A stretch of 64,000 nucleotides of DNA from an uncultured Solirubrobacterales bacterium (lineage in GTDB: Bacteria; Actinomycetota; Thermoleophilia; Solirubrobacterales; 70-9): NCBI GenBank assembly GCA_963753245.1, contig CAVWBK010000005.1:100231-164230 (forward strand), read 5' to 3'. The notes under the pieces were generated by a model, which was not told the DNA's origin, ran no database searches, and saw nothing but the letters and a program-made list of their open reading frames with translations. A program made the position numbers and the translations under genes. Position 1 is the stretch's first letter. Every line of letters begins with the position of its first letter. Below are positions 56,651-64,000 of the stretch, one piece after another.

Positions 56651-57835
56651 ATGCCCAGCACAGTCATCCTCGGAACCGCACGAACCCCCTTCGGCAAGAT
56701 GGGCGGCGCCCTCTCCTCTCTCGATGCCACTGAGCTCGGCGGCCAAGTGATCGAGGCCGCCCTGCAGCGCTCCGGGGTCGCCCCCGAGCAGGTCGAGCAG
56801 GTCCTCTTCGGCCAGGTCCTCCAGGCCGGCCAGGGCCAGATCCCTTCGCGCCAGGCTCAGATCAAGGGTGGCATCCCCAAGGAGGTCCCCTCGGAGACGA
56901 TCAACAAGGTCTGCGCGTCGGGAATGCGCACGATCGGGATCGCCGATCAGGCCATCCGCGCCGGTGACACCGAGCTCGCTGTCACCGGCGGCATGGAGTC
57001 GATGAGCAAGGCGCCCTACCTCCTGCCCGGCGCTCGCTTCGGCTTCCGCATGGGCGACGTCGAGGCGATCGACGCGATGACCCACGATGGCCTCACCAAC
57101 CCCTTCACCGAGAAGCAGATGATCAACGAGGCCAGCGAGGTCTCCAATGAGCTCGAGATCACCCGCGCCGATATGGACCGCTTTGCCGAGCGCTCCCACC
57201 GGCTCGCCGCCGAGGCGACCGACGCCGGTCGGCTCGCCGATGAGATCGTCGGCGTCACGGTCAGGTCGCGCAAGGGCGAGCACACGGTTGAGGCCGACGA
57301 GGCGATCCGTCCCGACACCACGATCGAGACGCTCGCCAAGCTCAGGGCGATCGGCGGCGAGCAGGCGACCCACACGGCCGGCAACGCTCCTGGCGTCAAC
57401 GACGGTGCCGGCGCGATCGTCGTTGCCTCCGAGGAGTGGGCCGATCGGGAGGGGCGCGCGCCGTTGGCGCGGATTCTTTCCTATGGCACCGTCGCCGATG
57501 ACTTCGCCTACCTTGCAAAGACCCCGGCCAACGCCGCCCGCCAGGCGCTCGAGAAGATCGGCAAGAGCCCTGCGGACGTCGACCTCTGGGAGATCAACGA
57601 GGCCTTCGCCTCGGTTGCCCTCAACTCGGTGCGGATGCTCGGCGTCGAGGAGGAGAAGGTCAACGTCAACGGTGGTGCGATCGCCCTCGGTCACCCGATC
57701 GGCGCCTCGGGCTCGCGGATCGTCGGCGCCCTGGTCCACGAGCTCCGACGCCGCGGTGGGGGCCTGGGAGTCGCCGCGATTTGCAGCGGCGGTGGACAGG
57801 GTGATGCGATCGTGGTTGAGGTCAACGGCTCCTGA
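56651..57835 (+). CDS. Acetyl-CoA C-acetyltransferase (thiolase II)
   Basis: Start trimmed to MPSTVILGTARTPFGKMGG. Active-site INKVCASGMR and GGAIALGHPIGASG, CSGGGQG. Confidence 0.9.
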   Translation: MPSTVILGTARTPFGKMGGALSSLDATELGGQVIEAALQRSGVAPEQVEQVLFGQVLQAGQGQIPSRQAQIKGGIPKEVPSETINKVCASGMRTIGIADQAIRAGDTELAVTGGMESMSKAPYLLPGARFGFRMGDVEAIDAMTHDGLTNPFTEKQMINEASEVSNELEITRADMDRFAERSHRLAAEATDAGRLADEIVGVTVRSRKGEHTVEADEAIRPDTTIETLAKLRAIGGEQATHTAGNAPGVNDGAGAIVVASEEWADREGRAPLARILSYGTVADDFAYLAKTPANAARQALEKIGKSPADVDLWEINEAFASVALNSVRMLGVEEEKVNVNGGAIALGHPIGASGSRIVGALVHELRRRGGGLGVAAICSGGGQGDAIVVEVNGS

Positions 57836-57854
57836 GGGAGATCGAAGCGCGGCC

Positions 57855-58610
57855 ATGTCTGGCGCGGCGGCCTTCTTTGACCTAGATAAGACCCTGATGG
57901 CGGGGTCCTCGGGAATGCCCTTCGCCCGGGTCGCCGCCGCCCACGGGATCGTCAGCCGCCGCCAGCTCATGCGCTGGGGGGTCGAGCATTTGCGCTACCG
58001 CCTGCGCGGAACCACCGATGAGCGCACCACCGAGGTGCTAAAGCAGGCGCGGGCGCTGATCTCCGGAGTCCCGGCCCGTGACCTCGAGCGGATGAACCCC
58101 GCGGTCCTGGCGGCGATCCTGCCGCGCATCTATCCCCAGATGCTGAAGGAGGTCCACGCCCACCAGGACGCCGGGCGGGCGACGTTCATCATCAGCGCCG
58201 CCGGCAACGGTGTGGTCGAGCCGCTCGCCATGGTGCTCGGTTTCGATGGCGGCATCGGCACTCGGTATCAGGTCGACGCCCTCGGCGCCTTCACCGGGCG
58301 CTTTGAGGGCCCGTTTGTGTATGGGCCCGGCAAGGTCGAGGCGATGCGCGCCTTCGCCGCTCAACACGAGATCGATCTGGCGCTCTCCTATGCCTACTCG
58401 GACTCGCTCTCAGATCTACCGATGCTCGAGTCGGTCGGCCACCCGGTCGCCGTCAACCCCGATCCGGCCCTGGCCGCGATCGCCAGGCGCGAGGGCTGGC
58501 AGGTGATGCGCTTTGAGCGGCTCGGGCGGCGTCTGGCGATCGGCGCCGCGGCGCTGCTCGCCGCGGCGCTCGGTTGGGGCGGTTCGCGCTTCGCCGCGCG
58601 TCGGGCCTAG
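57855..58610 (+). CDS. HAD-IB family hydrolase
   Basis: Start trimmed to MSGAAAFFDLDKTLM (DxDxT motif). C-terminal YSDSLSDLPML and a terminal hydrophobic tail. Confidence 0.8.
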   Translation: MSGAAAFFDLDKTLMAGSSGMPFARVAAAHGIVSRRQLMRWGVEHLRYRLRGTTDERTTEVLKQARALISGVPARDLERMNPAVLAAILPRIYPQMLKEVHAHQDAGRATFIISAAGNGVVEPLAMVLGFDGGIGTRYQVDALGAFTGRFEGPFVYGPGKVEAMRAFAAQHEIDLALSYAYSDSLSDLPMLESVGHPVAVNPDPALAAIARREGWQVMRFERLGRRLAIGAAALLAAALGWGGSRFAARRA

Positions 58611-58620
58611 ACTCTGATCC

Positions 58621-60243
58621 ATGGCGATTGAGCCGCGTCAGCGGCCCGAGTTCAAGCAGCGCGAGGCCGAGTTCTCGACGATGTCGGGTCACCCGGTTGA
58701 GCCCCTCTATGGCGCTGAGGACAGCGCGCCGGGGGCCCAGGAGCGGATCGGTCGCCCGGGCGAGTATCCGTTCACCCGCGGGCCATACCCCTCGATGTAC
58801 CGCGGTCGGCTCTGGACGATGCGCCAGTTCGCCGGCTTTGGCACGGTCGAGGAGACCAATCAGCGCTTCCATTACCTGCTCGACCACGGCCAGACCGGGC
58901 TCTCGACCGCCTTCGACATGCCGACCCTGATGGGATATGACTCAGATCACGTCCGCAGCCTCGGTGAGGTTGGTCGCGAGGGGGTTGCCGTCGACAGCCT
59001 CGACGACATGGAGCAGCTATTTGAGGGCATCCCGCTGGGCGCGGTCAGCACCTCGATGACGATCAACGCACCGGCGGCAATCCTGCTCGCCTTCTACGTT
59101 TTGGTCGGCGAGAGCCAGGGCGTGTCGGCCGAGAAGCTTGCCGGCACGATCCAGACCGACATCCTCAAGGAGTACATCGCCCAGAAGGAGTGGTGCTTTC
59201 CGATCGAACCGGCGATGCGGCTGGTCACCGACATGATCGAGTGGTGCTCGCAGAAGATGCCGCGCTGGCACCCGGTCTCGATCTCCGGCTACCACATCCG
59301 CGAGGCCGGATCGACCGCCCAGCAGGAGCTCGCCTTCACGCTCAAGGACGGTTTCACCTACGTCGAGCGGGCGCTTGAGCGTGGCCTCGACATCGACGAC
59401 TTCGCCCCGCGGCTCTCCTTTTTCTTCAACGCCCACATCGACTTCTTCGAGGAGATCGCCAAGTACCGCGCGGCGCGGCGGATCTGGGCGCGCGAGATGC
59501 GCGACACCTACGGTGCCAAGCGCGAGGAGTCGATGCGGTTGCGTTTTCACGCCCAGACCGCCGGCGTCTCGCTGACCGCCCAGCAGCCGCTCAACAATGT
59601 CGTTCGCACCTCGATCGAGGCCCTGGCGGCGGTCCTCGGCGGTACCCAGTCGCTGCACACAAACTCCTTCGACGAGGCCCTGGCCCTGCCCACCGAGGAG
59701 GCGGTCACGGTGGCGCTGCGCACCCAGCAGATCATCGCCTTCGAGTCGGGGGCGCCGAACACGCCGGACCCGCTGGGCGGCTCCTGGTTCATCGAGAAGC
59801 TGACCGACGAGATGGAGGCCGCGGCCTATGACTACTTCGCCCGCATCGATGAGCTCGGCGGCATGGTCGAGGCGATTCGCCGCAACTTCCCCCAGCGCGA
59901 GATCGCCGACGCCGCCTTTGACTATCAGCGTCAGCTCGACCAGCGCCAGCGGATCGTCGTCGGTGTCAACGACTTCGTCGAGGAGAACGAAGACCCGACC
60001 CCGATCCTGCGCATCGACCCGGCGCTTGAAGGCAAGCAGGCCGATCGTCTGGCGGCGACTCGGGCGGCGCGAGACGCAGCCGCCGCCGAGCGCTCGCTGA
60101 GCGAGCTGAAGCGAGTCGCCGCCACCGATGAGAACCTGATGCCGTCGATCATCGCCGCCGCCCGGGCCCGGGCAACCGAGGGCGAGATAATCGCGACGCT
60201 GCAGGAGGTATTCGGGGTCTACACCGAGTCGCCGGTCTTTTAG
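58621..60243 (+). CDS. Acyl-CoA mutase large (substrate-binding) subunit, MCM/ICM family with ICM-type Phe70/Gln188
   Basis: 540 aa. [43 protein letters not shown]. No fused B12 domain. Confidence 0.9.
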   Translation: MAIEPRQRPEFKQREAEFSTMSGHPVEPLYGAEDSAPGAQERIGRPGEYPFTRGPYPSMYRGRLWTMRQFAGFGTVEETNQRFHYLLDHGQTGLSTAFDMPTLMGYDSDHVRSLGEVGREGVAVDSLDDMEQLFEGIPLGAVSTSMTINAPAAILLAFYVLVGESQGVSAEKLAGTIQTDILKEYIAQKEWCFPIEPAMRLVTDMIEWCSQKMPRWHPVSISGYHIREAGSTAQQELAFTLKDGFTYVERALERGLDIDDFAPRLSFFFNAHIDFFEEIAKYRAARRIWAREMRDTYGAKREESMRLRFHAQTAGVSLTAQQPLNNVVRTSIEALAAVLGGTQSLHTNSFDEALALPTEEAVTVALRTQQIIAFESGAPNTPDPLGGSWFIEKLTDEMEAAAYDYFARIDELGGMVEAIRRNFPQREIADAAFDYQRQLDQRQRIVVGVNDFVEENEDPTPILRIDPALEGKQADRLAATRAARDAAAAERSLSELKRVAATDENLMPSIIAAARARATEGEIIATLQEVFGVYTESPVF

Positions 60244-60309
60244 TCGCGGCGATCAGCAGGCCGCAATCGCTCGCTCCCCGGGCGGGCATTTCTCGCCCAG
60301 GCGCTAGGC

Positions 60310-60741
60310 TTGCCGGCGCTCGTGGAGGCTGCAACAGCAAGAAAGATTCGTGTCGTCGTCGCCAAGCCCGGCCTCGACGGTCACGATCGGGGCGCCAAGA
60401 TCATCGCCAGGGCGCTGCGCGATGCGGGAATGGAGGTGATCTACACCGGCCTGCACCAGACACCCGAGCAGATCGCCGAGACGGTAATTCAGGAGGACGC
60501 CGACGCGGTCGGGCTCTCGATCCTCTCCGGCGCCCACATGACCCTGGTGCCACGGGTGGTCGCCCTGCTCTCCGAGCAGGGCGTCGATGACGTCCTGGTC
60601 ACCGTCGGGGGGACGATTCCCGCCGAGGACATCCCCGAGCTGAAGCGGCTCGGCGTCGCTGAGGTATTTACCCCCGGAGCGGGTACCGATGAGATCGTCG
60701 AGTTCATCCGCGCCGGCGCCCTCGAGCGCCACGCGGGGTGA
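60310..60741 (+). CDS. Acyl-CoA mutase small subunit (cobalamin-binding domain)
   Basis: 143 aa. DxHxxG motif [10 protein letters not shown] and SILSGAH. Start uncertain (TTG 60310 or GTG 60322). Confidence 0.85.
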   Translation: MPALVEAATARKIRVVVAKPGLDGHDRGAKIIARALRDAGMEVIYTGLHQTPEQIAETVIQEDADAVGLSILSGAHMTLVPRVVALLSEQGVDDVLVTVGGTIPAEDIPELKRLGVAEVFTPGAGTDEIVEFIRAGALERHAG

Positions 60742-60744
60742 TGA

Positions 60745-60807
60745 AGAGCACACTTTCAAAGAGCACATTGCGGCCCGTATAGATAGACTGATTGACTGGT
60801 CAGTCAA
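60745..60807 (+). promoter_or_regulatory. etf upstream control region: direct repeats, promoter-like boxes and a 7-2-7 palindrome
   Basis: AGAGCACA at 60745-60752 and 60760-60767. TTTCAA (60754-60759)-N18-TATAGA (60778-60783). TTGACTG-GT-CAGTCAA at 60792-60807. Confidence 0.35.
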
Positions 60808-60839
60808 CCAGAGAAAACCAAGCCCAAGGAGGCTTTAAG

Positions 60840-61631
60840 TTGAAGATCTGCGTCCTGGTCAAGGAGGTTCCGGACGCCGCCGTTCAGAAGCGCATCGACC
60901 CCAGCACGATGCGACTGGACCGTGGTGGCGAGAAGAACCTCAACCCCTTCGATACTCACGCGATTGAGGCTGCAATGCAGATCAAGGAGGGCGGCGCGAT
61001 TCCGGTCGAGGAGGTCGTCGCGGTGACGATGGGCCCCGACTCCGCCGTCCGCGCTCTGCACAAGGCGGTCGCACTTGGCGCCGATCGCTCCGTTCACCTC
61101 TCCGATCAGGCGCTCTCGGGCTCCGATGTCTGCGCCACCGGCTACTCGCTGGCCAAGGTGCTTGAGGCTGAGAGCCCGGACCTCGTCCTGCTCGGCCAGC
61201 AGTCTGATGACGGCGAGTGCTACACGATCGGCGCGGTCGTCGCCGATCACCTCAAGATGCCCTCGCTGACTCAGGTGATCAAGATCGACGTCGCCGACGG
61301 CAAGCTGCGCTGCGAGCGCCAGGCCGAGTACGGCTATGACACGGTCGAGATCGAGCTGCCCGCGGTGATCAGCGTCGGCGACGCGATCAACGAGCCGCGC
61401 TACCCGAGCCTGAAGGCGATCATGGGCGCCAAGAAAAAACCGCTCGACGCGAAGGCGACCGGCGAGGTCGGCATCGAGGCCAGCATGGTCGGTGAGGGCG
61501 GTTCTAAAACATCGGTACTCGGACTCAACCCGCCGCCCGCCAAAGAGGCCGGCGAGATCATCGAGGACGAGGACACAAACGAGACGGTCGAAAAGATCGT
61601 CGCCTGGCTTGACGAGAGGAAGCTGATCTAG
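60840..61631 (+). CDS. etfB: Electron transfer flavoprotein subunit beta
   Basis: TTG start 6 nt after AAGGAGG. LKICVLVKEVPD N-terminus. Confidence 0.9.
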   Translation: MKICVLVKEVPDAAVQKRIDPSTMRLDRGGEKNLNPFDTHAIEAAMQIKEGGAIPVEEVVAVTMGPDSAVRALHKAVALGADRSVHLSDQALSGSDVCATGYSLAKVLEAESPDLVLLGQQSDDGECYTIGAVVADHLKMPSLTQVIKIDVADGKLRCERQAEYGYDTVEIELPAVISVGDAINEPRYPSLKAIMGAKKKPLDAKATGEVGIEASMVGEGGSKTSVLGLNPPPAKEAGEIIEDEDTNETVEKIVAWLDERKLI

Positions 61632-62606
61632 ATGGCAGGCATCCTGACCTACGCCCTGCACGACGACGAGGGCAACTTCAACAAGAACTCACTCGGGGCG
61701 ATCTCCGAGGCGGCCAAGCTGGCCGGCGAGATCGGCGGCGACGCCGGCGTGATGGTCGTCGGCGATATCGGCGACGAGGCCTGCGCGGCGCTTGGCAACT
61801 ACGGCGCGACCAAGGTCTATCGGGCCAAGGCCGTGCCCGAGGGTCTGGCCCAGCCGATCGTCGACGCGATGGCGAAGGTGATTGCCGATGAGGGTTTCGG
61901 CTACGCGCTGTTTGGCGGCGGCCTGCTTGGCTTTGAGATCGGCGCCGGGCTGACCGCGCGCCTCAATGCCGGCGTGACGATGGAGGTGACGAAGGTCAAA
62001 GTGCAGGATGGCAAGCTGGTCGCCGAGCGGCCGATCCTGCAGGACTCTCAGATCGCCGACGTCGGATACGTCGCCGAGCCGGGGATCATCATCGGTCGCC
62101 TCAACGCATTTGACACCAAGGAGACCGGCGGTAGCGCCGAGCTGATCGATGTCGAGGTCGAGCTCTCGCCCTGGTCGACGAAGGCGACCATGGTCCAACG
62201 CGGCGAGCAGCGCGGCGCCGACGTCAACATCGAGGACGCCGACATCCTGGTCGGCGGCGGTCGAGGTCTGGGCGCCAAAGAGGGCTTCGGTCTTTGTGAG
62301 GAACTGGCTGAGTCGATGGGCGGCGCCGTCGCCGCGACCCGCGCCGTGGTCGATGCTGGCTGGTACCCATACGCGGCCCAGATCGGCCAGACCGGCAAGA
62401 CGGTCGCCCCGAAACTCTATCTGGCCGCCGGCATCTCGGGCGCGATCCAGCACAAGGTCGGGATGCAGAGCTCGGAGAACATCCTGGCGATCAACAAGGA
62501 TCAAAACGCGCCGATCTTCGAGTTCTCCGACCTCGGCGTGGTCGGGGATCTGCACAAGATCCTCCCCAAGCTGACCGAGGCGATCAAAGCCAAGAAGGGC
62601 GGCTGA
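61632..62606 (+). CDS. etfA: Electron transfer flavoprotein subunit alpha
   Basis: 324 aa. FAD-binding C-terminal region VGQTGKTVAPKLYLAAGISGAIQH. Confidence 0.9.
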   Translation: MAGILTYALHDDEGNFNKNSLGAISEAAKLAGEIGGDAGVMVVGDIGDEACAALGNYGATKVYRAKAVPEGLAQPIVDAMAKVIADEGFGYALFGGGLLGFEIGAGLTARLNAGVTMEVTKVKVQDGKLVAERPILQDSQIADVGYVAEPGIIIGRLNAFDTKETGGSAELIDVEVELSPWSTKATMVQRGEQRGADVNIEDADILVGGGRGLGAKEGFGLCEELAESMGGAVAATRAVVDAGWYPYAAQIGQTGKTVAPKLYLAAGISGAIQHKVGMQSSENILAINKDQNAPIFEFSDLGVVGDLHKILPKLTEAIKAKKGG

Positions 62607-62646
62607 GCTTCGGCTCAGCCCCCGGACCCTTGCAAGGAGTCTGAGG

Positions 62647-64000
62647 ATGCCCGACTACGCCCCGATCGAATTTCCGCCGCCCTTTGACAGCGCCGAGGTG
62701 ATCGGCCCCCCGACCGACCCCGAGGAGGAGCGGATCGAGGTCGGCGTGGCAATCGTCGGCGGCGGCCCCGCCGGTCTGGCCTGCGCGAACAAATTGATGC
62801 AGTTGCTCGCGGCCGAGCCGGAGCTGACCGAGAAGCTCGGCGAAGTCCCAGTCGCGGTGATCGAGAAGGGCAAAGTGCCGGGCGCGCACCTGCTCTCCGG
62901 CGCCAACGTCGACCCATCGGCGCTGACCCGGCTGTTTCCCGATCTTGATCCGGCCGAGTGGCCGCCCGTTTACCAAGAGGTGACCAAGGACGCGACCTAC
63001 TTTTTGACCTCAAAGAAAGCGTTCCCGCTGAAGCCGCCGCCGCCCAACTTCCGCAAAGAGGGCACCTACACACTCTCGGTCTCAAAACTGGGCCGTTTCC
63101 TGGCCGAGAAAGCCGAAGAGGCGGGCGTCTACATACTCAGCGAGACCGCTGCGACCAAGCTGCTCGTCGAGGACCGGATCGTGAGGGGGGTGCGCTCGGG
63201 CGACCGCGGTCGCGGCAAGGATGGTGAGGAGCTTGGCAACTTCGAGCCGGGCTCCGATGTCGTCGCCAAGGCGACGGTTCTGGCCGAGGGCACGATCGGC
63301 CACCTCAGCTACGCCGCCTATGACTACTTCGGGATGCGCGAGGGCAGCGACCCGCAGGCCTGGGAGCTCGGGGTGAAGGAGATCTGGGAGGTTCCAAAGC
63401 CACTTGACCGCGTCATCCACACGCTCGGCTGGCCGTTGCGCTGGGGCGGTAAATACAAGGAGGCCGGCGGCAGCTTCATCTACCCGATGGGCGAGGACAA
63501 GATCTGCTTCGGCCTCGTCGTCGGGCTCGACACGACGGATGCCACCTTCTCGGTCCACGATGAGCTGCAGCGTTTCAAGGGGCACCCGTTCATCGCCAGG
63601 CTGATCGAGGGCGGCAAACGAGTCGGCTGGGGCGCGAAGACGATCCCATCCGGCGGCTACTGGGCATTGCCGAGGCGCTTCTCGGTGCCCGGCATGCTGG
63701 TCGCCGGCGACAACGCCGGGATGGTCAACATCGCCGAGCTGGCGGGCGTGCATTACGCGATGCACGCCGGGATGTTCGCGGCGGAAGCGATCGTCGAGTC
63801 GCTCAAGCAGGACATCGACTCGGTCAACTTCGAGGCCTACGACGGGATGATCCGCAATTCTGAGATCGAGAAGGACCTCTACAAGTCGCGCAACATGAAG
63901 CAGCCGCTGACCAAGGGCCTGATCAAGGGCGGGATCATCGCCAACGCGCTGGTCGCCAGCAAAGGCAACTTCCCGCCCGGGCACATGAAGGTCGAGGACA
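62647..64000 (+). CDS. Electron transfer flavoprotein-quinone oxidoreductase (ETF-QO/FixC-like), 3' end outside the window
   Basis: Read manually, because it has no stop in the window and so is absent from the ORF track. MPDYAPIEF.., FAD motif VAIVGGGPAGLA, GSFIYPMGEDK, TIPSGGYWALP. The antisense 300-aa ORF is rejected. Confidence 0.85.
   Translation, partial: MPDYAPIEFPPPFDSAEVIGPPTDPEEERIEVGVAIVGGGPAGLACANKLMQLLAAEPELTEKLGEVPVAVIEKGKVPGAHLLSGANVDPSALTRLFPDLDPAEWPPVYQEVTKDATYFLTSKKAFPLKPPPPNFRKEGTYTLSVSKLGRFLAEKAEEAGVYILSETAATKLLVEDRIVRGVRSGDRGRGKDGEELGNFEPGSDVVAKATVLAEGTIGHLSYAAYDYFGMREGSDPQAWELGVKEIWEVPKPLDRVIHTLGWPLRWGGKYKEAGGSFIYPMGEDKICFGLVVGLDTTDATFSVHDELQRFKGHPFIARLIEGGKRVGWGAKTIPSGGYWALPRRFSVPGMLVAGDNAGMVNIAELAGVHYAMHAGMFAAEAIVESLKQDIDSVNFEAYDGMIRNSEIEKDLYKSRNMKQPLTKGLIKGGIIANALVASKGNFPPGHMKVED

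Overview
High-GC (by eye about 65-70%) bacterial chromosomal window that is densely coding, with about 60 CDS. I recognised no rRNA, tRNA, CRISPR array, transposase or integrase. Gene content looks Actinobacteria-like: ergothioneine egtB-egtD, a methyltransferase/GH57/GT4 triad syntenic with the mycobacterial MGLP genes, DipZ, paired ArsA/Get3-like ATPases, an LLM-class oxidoreductase and a principal sigma factor. This taxonomic guess is inference only. Four blocks stand out. (1) An 18-kb type IV pilus locus (10.4-28.4 kb) lies in two convergent arms. The plus arm is pilT-like, orphan membrane ORF, pilB, pilT, pilC, pilA, secreted Ig-repeat protein, a 1.6-kb decayed spacer, then pilD. The minus arm is three large minor pilins, pilM, pilN, pilO and a PilP-like ORF. 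No secretin is present in the window and several components cannot be assigned. (2) A ParA-like ATPase is translationally coupled to an ftsZ that has a roughly 150-residue N-terminal extension and sits outside any visible dcw context. (3) A split acyl-CoA mutase carries an isobutyryl-CoA-mutase-type Phe/Gln signature. It is surrounded by thiolase, acyl-CoA dehydrogenase and ETF/ETF-QO genes, and its MeaB chaperone lies 10 kb away. (4) There are small regulatory candidates: a consensus promoter plus intrinsic terminator upstream of sigA, a (TCCC)5 microsatellite behind a promoter-like element inside the pilus locus, and operator-like palindromes in three divergent promoter regions. The many long antisense or out-of-frame ORFs in the supplied track are treated as high-GC artefacts.
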